DNA from: Marsupella aquatica
Lineage: Eukaryota; Plantae; Marchantiophyta
NCBI GenBank assembly: GCA_973895155.1
Contig: OZ316894.1
Span: forward strand, 15,802,699-15,866,698
DNA length: 64,000 nt
Direction of reading: 5' to 3'
Positions within the stretch are counted from its first letter, which is position 1, and each line of letters begins with the position of its first letter. A program made the translations under genes and the position numbers. Shown piece by piece: positions 12,474 to 25,600 of the stretch. The notes under the pieces are model-generated. The model had not been told where the DNA came from. It was given only the letters and a program-made list of their open reading frames with translations, and searched no databases.

Positions 12474-14211
12474 TTATTAGCACCTGCTGTAAAAGGCTTG
12501 AACATGTCTCTGTTGTCATAGGTAAAGTGTCTCAGGGCACAATGACCTTGCTTAAACTAGGAAGGTCAAGAGAAGGAGTTGGCAATATAGAATTCCCGTC
12601 CAATTGTAGGTAGCATGCAGGCCAAATAATAATGTTGGAGGAATAACTGTGAATGGAGAAGTCCTGTTATTGTAAGTGTGAACCATATTCCATTATATTT
12701 ATTTTTTACATTCCCTTCATGGCACCATGCGCTCAACTCAACGACTGTGAATATGTGGGCACTTATGACTGTGTACATATGTGTTTAAATAAAGTTAGGA
12801 TAAATTTTCCCAACATGTGGAGGTCTCAGTGAAAAGGACTCGACCAAAATTACAAACAAAAATGCCAAAACACTCCACACCACAAATTGCCCCAACTTAG
12901 GTGAAATTCCCTTTGAATATGGATACGTACATGACCAACAAACATGTACCATATAGGTTAGATAATGAGGAAAATTATGATGCAAACCAAAAAAACCCCA
13001 AATGCTGCTTCACCCCTTCATCACTAGATTGTCCCAAAAATAATAATAGTATCAAACTACTCCAAACATCAATATGAAACTACTACAAACTTCCATATCC
13101 CTGTCTTCACCAAACATACATTCCGAAGTGCCAAATTTCCGGAATGCCGGAATTTTGTAATTTTGGAATTACGAAATTTGGAATGGGTACGTAGAACGGA
13201 AACATCCGTAATTTGGGAACAACACACATTGTGCATCCTTCCCGCCTGGTGGATTTGAAGTGTTGGTTGTGAAGGAGGAATCGCTCGTCATCGATCCTTG
13301 TTTTGCCTGGTTTATTTCTGGATTTTGGACTTCCTAAACCACTATCATAGCAGATTACATTCATCGTATGTTCTGTGGCACGCATAGTGTACACTTCCTA
13401 TATCCTGTACCCCTTGGCAGGCGTAATGGAAAGTCCAGAAAATAGCCACGATTTGGTATTGAAAGAAGTTTCCCCTCGATTCCCTGCTGTGGAGGGTCGT
13501 CTTAAATGTATGCAGAGCATGCTGCGCGTCATAGGACTGGAAGGATTACTTATGGTTCCCTGGGGTGCCGTAGCACCTTCGCTGCTGGCAGAAATCATTG
13601 ACGGCATTATTGCTGACAGGTTCAAGGGTACAGTCAGAGGCCAAACTGACGAGTGGACAGATGAGTTTGTTGGAGACGCATTCCGCATCTCAACCAAGGG
13701 GGAGGGGATGTTCAGGCGCCACCAACATTGCTCTGAGGTGTATTTCTCTGTTCCACCTGGGACCAAGGATGGGTGGAAGATTAGTGACTGCAACAACGGT
13801 GACCTTGACATGCTGCTTTGCTTTCTCATTCCAATTTTCCATCCAATGAGGCCGAGCCGAGTTATGTGTAGCTTGGCCAACACCATTGTAGCATCGTGGA
13901 CACAACAGAGGAAAACTAATTGGGGATTAATTTTGGCTGCAGTAATAAGGTTGCAGCTCGCACAGTTAGGCAAAAAAAATGTTACTTATCTCCAGGTGTA
14001 TGTAGGCCAATTGTATTGGTATGGGTCTTGTCTCCTACTAGAAGAAAAACATGAACAACAGAGTATCTTTGCAAACCTTGACATTACTGGTATATGTGAC
14101 TCTAATTTGGATTCAGAGGATGATGTGAGGTCATGAGGGGTCGGAAGACGAAACAGGTGATGAACCTGGGGATGAACCACATCATGATTTAGAGGCAGAA
14201 GCCAATTCTGA

Positions 14212-14385
14212 CGAAGTCCCCCAGTACACAAATGTTCTGATACAGGAAATGGAAGATGCCATTCCTGACAAAGTCCCCCAGTACACACATGTTCCAGTAC
14301 AGGAAATGGAAGATGCCATTCATGGCGAAGTTCCCCAGTACATAGATGTTCCAGTACAGGAAATGGAAGATGCCATTCCTGACAA
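14212..14385 (+). repeat. 57-bp coding tandem repeat x3 (VPQYTxVPVQEMEDAIPD)
   Basis: Unit ~GTCCCCCAGTACACAxATGTTCCAGTACAGGAAATGGAAGATGCCATTC is repeated three times. Confidence 0.9.
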
Positions 14386-15798
14386 AACAGGGCTAGTGGA
14401 CTCTCCTATGCAAAGGCCATTCATTGATGCGGCGAGTTTAAGAGATAGAGTTGCAATATTGGAGGCAGAGAATGACAATTTGAAGCTGTTGGCAGACATG
14501 AGCATAAAAAGGAAAAGGCGCCAGCCAAATCCCAATAATGTCACAAAAACAACTTCCGGTGTATAGTCTGCTTCACAGTCGCCAAGTTCAGTAGGTGCAG
14601 AAGGCAACGAGAAGATCATTAGTGACCTGGTTGTTATGTTGGGTTGTTGTCCTCAGGAAATAGTGAATGAAGTACAAAAGTTGGTGGATGCAAATAAAAT
14701 ACATGCCACAGTACTTGGAGATGCAGAAATTGACAATAATGGTGAGTCGGGTCCCAGCTTTACCATAAGAGAACTTAGTCCTATTATTGTGGAGGCAGTG
14801 CAAGATAGTGATGTGGCTGAGCAATGCACGGACAATCCTATGCATGACCTTGGAGGGGTAGAGTTTCATGAGGCAACTGCAGACGCGGAGGCTGTTGCAG
14901 AGGTCCAGGTACAGGTAGACACACAACTTCTCCCTGACCAATGCATGGACAATAATGATGTCCATGAGGCACGTCCACAATTAATAGCACTACATGACGC
15001 ATGGGCAGAGGTAGAGGTAGACATAATCTCTCACGTTGTTCCACAAGGGAGTCTTCCCAATGCTACACCAACAAAAGAACATGTTGATGAAGATGATGCT
15101 CCACATGAGCATGTCCCCCAGGATGTCCCTGAGCATGTCCCTGAGGATGTCCCTGAGGCTGGAGCTGAAGCTGAGGTGAGTCTTCTCAAAGATGACTTAG
15201 AAGGAGAGAAGAGGGCATTTCTTCAGAAGCACATCCCTGACAATTACATTTGCATAGAGGGCTGTGAGAATTGTACTGTTCCCATTCATAAAAGCAAATA
15301 TGGTGGCAACAATTACTGGATAAGAGATTCGGAGGCTCAGACACACATTGTGTCTATCAATTCACCTGCCTCACCCACACCAGCAGAAGAAGTAGCAAGA
15401 TATGTAGAGGCATGCTCAATTATTCAACAATACCAAAGTCCTATGCAGGAGTTCTGGCATTATTATTTTGCCAAGAGAAGGGAAGCCTTGTACATATTCA
15501 AGTTAGGTGCTTCCGGTCCTACTCTCATCCAAAAGCAGGATTTTTTTGAATATGTGGCACGTTACAGAGTATTTTTGTGAGATACTGTTGATGATGGTAA
15601 TGTACGGTGATCTCAAAGTGTTTGACAGTGAAACGCTGATTGCTGAGTGTGGCAATCTACCAGCGTATTGTCTGCTCTTCATGCTGGATTTTCTGGAGCA
15701 ATCAGAGAGGCCTGAAGGTGGGAATCCAATTACATTCAATCCTAAGACACCAGCTATTGCTGTTTACAATTACATGAAGACAGAGGATTTGCAGAGAT

Positions 15799-16094
15799 CT
15801 CGGGGGTTTCACTTCCACAAAAATGGCATATCACGTACGACGAAGGATAGGGTCATATTATTGGTTGTAAGGGAAGACTTAAGAATTTTTTTAGAAGAAT
15901 AATAAGGTCTTTTAAATTCAATTTTGAGACTTATAAGAACATTAGGGCCTTTTTAATCCAATTTTTGGAATATTCCAAGAATATTCCAACTTTATAGGGG
16001 TTAAAAAATAATATTTTTTTCTTACATTTTAGGGGGTCCAAGGCCTAAAACGTCACAGGTGATGGGGAGGTCCCCATGTAGTGAGACCCCCGAG
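15799..16094. mobile_element. 296-bp MITE with 8-bp TSD, nested in the cargo gene
   Basis: TIR CTCGGGGGTTTCACT / AGTGAGACCCCCGAG (1 mismatch). TSD GCAGAGAT at 15791-15798 and 16095-16102. Related copies at ~47116-47409 and ~41690-41875. Confidence 0.9.
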
Positions 16095-16838
16095 GCAGAG
16101 ATGTGGGACAACATTTATACTCCTACATTGCTGGAGTATAGGACATATTATGACAGACTGATGGTGGACTTTGAACCTTATGTGGATATCATGTCAAGTG
16201 AGGAAAGATTCTGGGAGCGATTTCCTACTGTGGAGTATGATAGCTGCAGCAATTTAGACTTCCTCACAATTTATCGTGAAGCTCCTAGGGTACACGTACC
16301 GACTGTTCATTAACAAGCAACTCCCTTTGCTTGGCTATAAGTGACAGTTTAATTCCCTGCCCTTAACTTTTCATAATGAGGGTAAGAGAGAAGAAATTCT
16401 TGAGGCCATTTGTAAAGGGACCGTCAGATTACCAGAAGTGGTTGAGTACGTTAGGATCATAAAAAGTGTTGAATAGTTGAACACCGAGTACCAATTTAGA
16501 TGTCAGTCCATAGTCCATTTTGCTTACCGGGATTCTGGATTTTTGGCATTCCGGAAGTTTCTCACGATTGGTTTCACAACAAATAAGACTATTTTTTGGT
16601 AGTAGTTTGTCAGGTTAGTTTATACAGGTGTGCCGGCATACAATGTCAAAGCATAGGAAGGATGCTGAGAGACATTGTTTTGTACACGAATGCAGAGTTT
16701 GAAAATAAAAGATAAACACATGCAAGGTTTGCATTGCCCATTATTAATTCACAATTGTACAGTGAAGCTGTGTACATTGTGCAGTACGTACATTACTAAA
16801 TGTAGATCTGGTTCTACAAATATGTACTATAGTTCAAT

Positions 16839-18469
16839 CTACTCTTTATCTAGAAGCTGAAGAAGATCCTTGATCTCATCAGAAGACTTGTTGGACCCTA
16901 ATAGAGTGGTCAACAATGTAGTTTGCCTATTTGCTTTATCCAGCTTCTCTGCATCTTCTTGATCTGCTTTGACTTTCTTCAAAGCGTTCTCAGCACAAAA
17001 GGCTTCTAAGGCCAGTTGATGCTTCCTGTCCAACCGGTGCTTGGCTGAAGCCTCAGCCTGAGCTTGGGTTCTGGCTTCACGTCGCTCAACAATGTCTTGG
17101 GTCTTCCACTTGTCACGACTTATGATCAAATCTTTTTGATAATCAGCTTTGAGGTTGATTCTCTCAGTGTATATTGCTGAAAACGAAGGCTTGAATTCCT
17201 TTTGGGCCTCCTTTGCCGCTTGCGCAGGAGTCTTGGGCCCCTTCTTCGAGGGGGCTAGGATTGTGGGAGGAATGGGTGAGGCAGTTTGTGGTCCTGAAGT
17301 AGCACTGTCTGTGGGGCGGGGCATGTTTTCCCCAATGTTCATGCCTGCAAACCTGGTACAAACTTGACACAGGCAATTGGTGACATGAGCCCCAATGTTT
17401 TCCCTGGCGATGTCCTCCATTTCCTTCCAGAAGCCATCATCGACTGGGGGTGCTCGTCCTAAAGTTGAAGGTGTAGGAATGTGATGCACTGCTGGTGTTG
17501 ATGTGTGAACAGATTGAGCTGGCGATGGTGCAGGCGTATCTGTGTCACCCCAGGAAGAATATGGAGATTAATTCAATTGTTAGGCACTTTACAGTGAACA
17601 CAGAATCCTGAATCCAAAAATATAATTAACAAAAAAGGAATGGGAGAGCTTGTACCATCAAGGATTATGGTTGGACTGTGTTGCTGTGCAATATTTGGGC
17701 AGGAGTTCTCCCAATCATCGACAATCTCCACATCCCCAGAGTCATCTTCAGTCATGATAAAGTCAAGATTTTCAACTCCAACATCACCAACAATTGGTGG
17801 GTTAACATTGGGTCTAGCTCCAAAGAGAGCATGCATTCGCTCAAAATGAGGGCTGAGGCGGTTGAATTTGTCCTCCAAGGTCATCCCAGCCAATGACTCT
17901 TCCTCTATCAGCCCTGCTCCAGTGCCATTCTTCACTTCAAGAGCTTGCTTGTATCTCAATTTGTACTTTTGGAATCGCTTCGTCAGATTTGGTGCAGTGA
18001 TTTCCTTGGGGAAACCATGATGAATGAGTGCAGCCAACATGGACTTCATGACAGTTGCCTTAGACTGGTATTTCTGCCCAATCTTTGTTCTCCTACCTGA
18101 TCCATGCACTGCTGCAAAGTTCTTAGGGATCTCAAGGTATGAGACTATGAGATCATAGTCTTCATCCTTCAAGCGAAACTTCTCAGCAGGAACTTGGTAG
18201 TGCTCGCTGGCAACAGTTGCTCGTGGTGGTTGGAAAGCAGAGCCTTTGCTCCTCCCAAAACCTTCTCTCACAAAACCCTGGCTCCCTATGCTAGACATTG
18301 TGCTGAAAGAGTGTGAGCCCACAGAAGAAGATGTGGGCTTGTCAAGAATGGACTGCAAGTAATCAGCAACCTTGTGCTCGACCTCGTGACGAAGGGCAGT
18401 TTGTGCTCAAACTAAAATGTCAAAAGCTCTATCACATATATACATAGATTCAAACAAGGCATTGTCCAT
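16839..18469 (-). pseudogene. Myb/SANT-like DNA-binding partner gene of the PHIS element
   Basis: ATG 18469 with an in-frame TGA at 18409-18407; intron 17655-17540. Motifs LTKRFQKYKLRYKQA...GTGAGL...LSPHFERMHALFGARPNVNP and a C-terminal coiled coil are typical of Harbinger ORF1. Convergent with the transposase. Confidence 0.8.
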
Positions 18470-19404
18470 GACTTAGCAATTTGTGTTGTGATAGAGGGAG
18501 ATGTCGACGATGCCAAAATTTGAAAGAAGGGCGCGAATCCGCACATTTGGGAAAATTGAAATCCGGAAATCCGGAAATCCAGATTTTGAAGTGCATACGA
18601 CGAGTACGTCGTCGGTGATTAAAGTGCAATCGACGCATTACGCATCAATTGTGCTCCTAAAAATTTAAACCTCTGCAACTTTGGAATGGAGGACCTGCGC
18701 TATCCAACCGACATGGTAGCATATGGCTCGTTCGAGCAGGGACATTCCGAGCAGGAGGGGAAATGGTGTTGGTAATTGAAACGTGACTTAGGCCGTAATG
18801 GCTGCCATACAGGGCGGGTCAAACCTTACCCCCTCTTTTTTCTAGTCCCGTCAGAACCTCCCGTGGGCAGTGTTACGGGAGTAGTCCCGTGGCCTTAACT
18901 TTTCATTATGGCTTGGCTTGAGACGCCCTATTAAGAATTCAGCCGCTGTGAGTGGAGGGCCAGAGAGGAGTCCAAGGTCTCATCTTTGTCTGTGGTGCTC
19001 CCAACAATGAAAAAGACATTATGCTAATCATGTACTGTTTGCCGCTAGGTCAAACTATCACATCGATCTTTACCACTAGGATGTGAGGACCCTGCAACAA
19101 AGACCTTTATGGAATTCCCAATTTCAATGCCAATTCTGCATGATCATGTCCATTAGAGGACTACTCCTTGTCTACAGGGTAAAGGTGCATGGAATCAAGA
19201 TCGGAGTGCTTGGACCACAATCCTTTTGTTGCCAAGTGAGGCAGTCTAGACGGAGGCTCTGAATGCATGCAAGGAGGAGAGTCAAACTAAAATGGCATGG
19301 ACCTCCAGCGAGATTTCTCCGTATTGAAAGAACACACGACATTTTATGGAATTAATTATGTAAGCCATGTTTGCAGGTAAGCTCTCAGGAACATGTAATG
19401 TACA

Positions 19405-21517
19405 TGTCACTTGCCTATCCAACCATTTATACGTAAAATCATACTTTCCTTTGCGTAAATGGTTGGTATCATGTTATGGGGTCGTGGAGGGATGCTATTT
19501 GGAGGATCCCCACACCTAAGGATGAGTATGTTTGATTCCGCTCCCGGAAGAGTACTTTTTGATCAAGTCTACCGACTGGCCTCTACGTTTTTGATAAAGT
19601 CCTGGGGACTGGTCCTACATTCTACAAGCCACCGGGTGAGTGTTGTCACCACTCCCCCTCACATGGGCAATCATACAAACATTTTACAATAGGATTTTAA
19701 CACTAGTGACCAGGGCAACCACTTTCACAACAAAGCCAACCACATGCACTAGGGGAGGAAAACAAGCGACACAAGAAGTAACAAGTGACACAAAAAATTT
19801 GAACTTCAAACCAAATCCATATCTCTTAGTGGTGTACGCAACACATGCAAGGACAACCCGGCCTCCTGCCGTATGCCCAACTCCTGCCTCCCTGGGACAA
19901 GCGGTACGTCCTCCATCTCACTACTCTGGCTGAAATCCCTCCTCTTCCGTGTGCTACTCACAAAGATCTCTCCATTATACTAAACTGAATTCCCCCCTTA
20001 GCTCACTACGGGGCTCCCCCTAAATATTGAAAAAAACACACCAAAGCACCCCTCATGGGGTCACAACGATGGCGGCTACCCTAGTGGTGCCGCTAAAACC
20101 TTTCACAAGAAATCCCTAGCCTAAAACATGTGGCACACACATGCTTCTAAAACCCTAATCTAACTACGGGACCGACGGTGCCTTCGACGGTGCCAAACAA
20201 CAATCCGGAATCCATAGTCCCGGGGAAGTGAGGAGGCCCTCCCATGGTCGAAACCTCAAATATTTCAAACTACTTCCTTGAGGGGATCCCTGGACAACCC
20301 TGCTCCTTCTGATCATAGATCCGTAAATGACACTCAAAACGGATCCCGAACGGCCGATATATGATCGTTTAAGTTTTTACGGGACACCATCCCCCTCCGT
20401 TTCGTCCGTACAACACCAGGGTGCCCCGGCTTTGAAAAACACATATCACAGTCTCCGTAGGTGCTGCTACTTTCTCTTCCCCTTGGAAAGCCGGGACCTC
20501 CTGCAGTACGGACGTCCGTACGGCCTCCAAACTCCCGTATTCTCAAAAACACGCGATCCACTGTATCTCCTCCATCTTAGCTCCATTTTGGCCGTGTGAC
20601 ACGTCGTTGGATTCAGCTCGGCGAGCTCTTTCCAACAAGCCCGTAAACTCCTGATTTTGAGATGGTCTAAAATTTTATGTTCGTACAACCAGGGTCCGTA
20701 CACACATTGAAAGCAAACACAACAGGGAAAGGGTTTAGGGTTTAGGAATGGGTGGGAACCCCCCACAAGTGAGAATAGAGAAAAAGGGAAGGAAGAAAGT
20801 GTGAGGGCCCCTTCTACGGAGTGCCCCTTCTACGGAGTGGTTCTTCTACGGAGTGCCCTTTCTACGGAGTGCGGAAGGGAAAGAGAGCAAAAACCATGTG
20901 AGTAGCACACAAAGGGTGAAGGGGAACACAAGTGTGGGAACCCCTTCCTTCTAAGGGCCCTCCCACCATCACTACTCCAAGATTGCCTAGTTTTACCGTT
21001 TTACGGGCATTGAGGTTTCTTGAGATGTCACTGTTTGATACAGGATACAGACCTAAACTCAACTATGATACCCCAGGTTTGCATGGGGCTCATTGAGGGC
21101 TTCAAAATGAATCCAAACACGACCATGTTTGGATTAGTACTAGCGCAACAACGTCTGTTTCAAGAATATTTTCTATATTTTGGTCATTATTCTCGTTTTG
21201 TGCCTTATGTGGAGCCTCCGGCCAGCCCCCACCCCTCTAAGATGCCCACACCGTGTCTCCAAGTCCTTGGGTTGCCTTGTGGCCTCCTTGTACCGCCTTG
21301 TGGCCTCCTTGTACCCCGTCAATGGTTCCCTTGTTATCCATCACCGCCCTACACCCCTCTCAACTTCGGCCTCCAGTTGTTGCATCCATTTATTAGAACT
21401 AACAAAACTAAAAAATTTGAAAATCCAAACACTTTTACTACACCTACTTGTCTTTCTACTTATATACGCAATTATAAGTCATCACTAAGTTACTACCGGG
21501 TTTGGGGCCCTGTCACA
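19405..21517. mobile_element. Solo LTR (2113 bp), probably Ty3/gypsy
   Basis: Termini TGT...ACA. Perfect 5-bp TSD GTACA (19400-19404, 21518-21522). No gag/pol. Internal tandem repeats TTCTACGGAGTG x4 (~20812-20870) and CCTTGTGGCCTCCTTGTACC x2 (~21276-21315). Confidence 0.88.
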
Positions 21518-21689
21518 GTACATGTCCAATATGTGCACCACATGTGAGATAGCTATTTCTTTTATGTTGGTAGGCATGCCAGAATCAGGCTGATGTCCAC
21601 ATTCCATACTTGATAATCCTACAACAGGATTCCACCGCAAACAATTCTTCAAATTAAGTTGCTCTTCCCTTGGTCGCTCTCGTCTAGTG

Positions 21690-21834
21690 CGAAGTCCCTT
21701 CTAGAATTAAACTTGAACTCCTAGATAAACAACATCCATACCCTAAACCCTTCAATTGATAGATCTGGTAGGTTCCCTCGCTCACACAGCCCAACATGTC
21801 ACTTCCTTGTATCTGTACATTCTTTAAATCCAAT
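21690..21834 (-). pseudogene. RFWD3-like WD40 C-terminus, distal half (split by the CACTA element)
   Basis: Removing the CACTA and one AAT TSD restores the frame ...HQSPI|LDLKNVQIQGSDMLGCVSEGTYQIYQL. Confidence 0.8.
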
Positions 21835-22657
21835 CACTAGTAGAAACCGGGGGGTATTTAGACCCCATTAAACGACTATTCAGTACCGTATAGGACTTGG
21901 AAACGACTGGGAAGGACTGCAGTCCTTTATAGGACTGCGAGTCGTATGTTTTGTTACTATAATCAACTGAGTCCTTTATAGAACTGGTTTATAAGTCGTT
22001 TAATAGACTGGATTTTCAGTCTATTTTAGTCTTTGTGTGGGTAGCTTTGGTGAGTCGTTTTCAGTCTTTTATGGGCTGCGATGATGAGTCGTTGGGAACG
22101 ACTAAAAAGGTTATGGAGGGTAGTCTTTAAATATACTTTGTGGGGTATGTATAAGTCTTTCATGTCAACTGGATATGAGTGATGAAGACCCCACTATACT
22201 ACTTGGAATGAACCCACTCTTGTGCACAAATAACATATTGCATTCATGTTTTATTGTGTACTTGGAATGAACTCACTCTATAAGTTCACCATTCATCATG
22301 TTAACATTAGAATACATAGTTTCAGAAAGCCATCTTCTATACCATGTACACTAATATGAATTCACAGATTCAAACTTCATAGACTACAAAGAAGGTCACA
22401 AAGTATTCCTCTATACCATACACACTAATACTGAAATGATAAAATAGATTCAAGTATCATAGACAATCACCATAGAGCCATAGTTTGACATCAATCACTT
22501 ATGAACATACAGAATTCAGAAATATCAATGTCACACACAACGTCTCCTTCATCCTCTTTACCAAATGGAAAAATTGGTACAGATATTTCTTGGATCTTTC
22601 CAAGGCAATGTCAAAATGTGACACAATTCACATGATTCTATCTACACTTGCATTCAG

Positions 22658-25600
22658 TCACTGCAGACTAACACACTCTGATGGCCAGAGCACAAGAGAT
22701 CCTACTGCATCTGCAATTATTTCCTGAGGTGGATCATCGTCTCTATTCGGAAATGGCAAATTACAATCAGATACAATCACTGTAGTCAACAACACTACTA
22801 CATGGTCATCCGGGACCACTTTGCCATGGAATTTTGCATGATCCGGTCGCAAAATGCCTGTACCCACACATACCTGCGAGTCATCCTCCCATGATAGAAG
22901 ATTATGGACTGGCTCTGCTGTGGCTATCACCTCCACCTTACCCTGGCTGTTTTTCTTGGCTTTCCTGGGTGGCTTATACATGACATTATTCATACCTTGG
23001 TTGCGAGTCATGACTTTGGCACGAGTGTTTTGTGCTGGTGATCGAGAATTGGCTACACTCTTTTTCAAAGAATCTGCATCCATATTTGACACTTCTGATT
23101 GTGTAGCAGGATTTCCCTGCGACATCATCTCAGTATCTGCCAACATTGTACTTGCTTCAATTGAAGCATCTACAATCTTACTTGCATCCAATGTTGCTCC
23201 CAAGTTTCGACGTCGTTGCACCCTACTCCCACTTGGTTGAGAGTCTGTCAACTCTGCATCAACTTCAATTCAGTGTCATGTCCAACATAAGTCAATCACT
23301 CATCACATGTGCTAAATGTACATGTCACCAACCACAAAGTTGTCACTATCTCCTTACCATTATGAACAGCCTTCTTCCCCTTCTTTGCCATTGCCATATG
23401 CTCCATGTCTGCTTCTGTTGATCAATAAACACACCACAATATTCAGGTTGAATCTATTAACCACTGAATTGTTGCTCAACATTCATATAGAGGAATTTAA
23501 AGCATCAGCTTACCTGATACCTCCTTGGCTATGGTCACTGAGGCACTGGGCACATCTTCTTCATTATTGCTCTTTGAATCACCTGATACATCAATCATGA
23601 TGTCACTTCAGATCCCAGTTCATCCAACCAATTCTTACAGAAAAGATTACCTCCAACCGGCTTAAGTTTCACAAAACTCCATGCACTTTTCAAATGTAAT
23701 GTACTGGATCATAGCAGGTTACCTGTCTCAGCAACCTTCTTGCCCTTCTGCTTACTGATTACAGGGTCCTTATCTGCCTCCACTCTTCCTGCATTCAAAC
23801 CATTCACTCAATTCATGAAAACTTACTTCTAACATTTGAACATAGGACACAATGAACAATGGGCCGGTGTCATTTCCATACCTGTGTCAGATTTGCCAAT
23901 TCCCTTTTTTGTTAACAAGGGCACACTTTGTACAATGTTGCCCTCATTGTTTGGTTGGGAACCACCCAATTTTTCAATCACAAGCTTGAAATTAGATTCC
24001 ACTGATGCAAGAAGGTTCGCTGCAGATGCCTCCACAATATCCAAACGATCAGCCAATTTACTTTCCACTCGAGGGAGTCCACACTCTAATGACTTCAACC
24101 GTTCACACATCTCTGTGAGAGTTGTAACAGTTCCCTGTCATAACACAACTTACATATCTCAGATAACTGTCCCCAAGAACTGGTTGCTTACTTCCTACTA
24201 CATTTCTTTCTGATGCTCAAGGCCAAATAGTCACAGAACATACAGAATTACAACATAATCACCTGTTTGGAAGTCACACTTGTCACCTCACTCCTTTGTT
24301 TCATGAACTCCTCTCTCACTTCTTGTGCTGATGGTTCTTCACCTGTCAATTTCTTCTGCAGTCCACATCAACATACATATGAATGAAACCAAGTGTTGAT
24401 TGTCAATGAAAATGTAATAATGGTAGCAAGATGATAAGTTTGAGGCTTACTATCAGGCATGTCACTGCCTTACCAATTGTTCTTTCACTGGAGCATAACT
24501 TCCTCTCCCAGCCTGTGAAAGGTGTTTCACTTTGCCTCGAGCATTTGACATCAGTTCACTCTTGCTCTGTCCAGCCTCCGACATGAACCCTTTGATTAAC
24601 CGTGTCCATTGATCCAGTTCCAATGATGGGGGTGGTGGCATTCTCCTGTTAGAACCATTGTCTATCCACATCCTTTTCAACCTATGCCTCTCTTGTTTCA
24701 AAATCCTCATTGCATAATCTGATATGCAATCTTCAACTGGGCCCTTACCATCATTACCAACATAGTCCCACCGTTCAAGAATGTCCTTGCAGATAGCAGC
24801 CCAATCAGCTTTGTTTTGACTCCTAAACTCTGTAATGCTCAAATCTAACCAACGCAATACTTCTCCTCTTAGGTCAGAATGCCAACGGTTCTTACCATCA
24901 CATGTGGGAGTTATCCAACCTTCGGAATTCACTTCTACTTTACCAAATTTGTTACTGTCTCCTGCCTTGGTACTCCCTGAAGCGCTACTAGGTGTCCCTC
25001 CACGGTCTGATCTCCCCCCACGGCCTAGATTGCATTGTCCAAACCTCCCTGGAGTCCCTGGACATTTACAGAATCCATTTACAGTCACTTACATTAGGTA
25101 AGTATGAATCATAAATCCTGCTGCCAAATATACACTGGACTTCAGAGCAATTCTGCAATGACCAAGTTACCTCTCCCTTGGCGCATAGATGGTTCTGGAC
25201 CACCTGTCCTATTGCTTTGTCTTGATGAATTAGGGTCGTTTCTCCCGCCTGTGAATGATTGCCGCCTATCTGAACGTGGATGGCCTTTGTTGTTTTTGTG
25301 ATTGTCCCAATCAGAGTCTGCATACCAACAGGTACATGCCACACTCATGGACCTGTAAGATAAACTCTTTGCCCTAGCTACACATCAGATAAGTCCATAT
25401 TGAGCTAAATCTCTACTACCATCACAAAATCACTAGCACAAGACACTTACTTGTCCAATCATCCTCCTCACCTTTCCATTGCCCTTTGTACCCGTCTCTA
25501 CCACGCTCTGGGTGTTCATATTCATCCCATCCATCTTCTGCTCCATCATAGTCATCATCATAATTATCAGGCGTCCCTTGCCAATAACTCTGGCTCCTTC

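Larger units (their letters stand above)
13426..16313 (+). pseudogene. Large TE-associated cargo gene (~1000 codons): N-terminal plant-transposon-type domain, acidic repeats, unknown C-terminal domain; disrupted
   Basis: Consecutive + ORFs are joinable via a frameshift at ~14127, an in-frame TAG at 14564, a frameshift at ~15540-15580 and a MITE at 15799-16094. The N-terminus (KDGWKISDC...FLIPIFHPMRP...LANTIVASW...KTNWGLIL) resembles retroelement accessory ORFs (Transposase_32/PMD-like); that assignment is tentative. Confidence 0.65.
7180..18929. mobile_element. PIF/Harbinger-superfamily (PHIS) DNA transposon, Pangu-like, 11.75 kb, four genes, degenerate
   Basis: Perfect 12-bp TIRs AGGGCGTCTCAA (7180-7191) / TTGAGACGCCCT (18918-18929). 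3-bp TSD ATT (7177-7179, 18930-18932). Subterminal CCCGT/ACGGG motifs at both ends. Contains a DDE_Tnp_4-type transposase and a convergent Myb/SANT-like gene. Confidence 0.92.
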
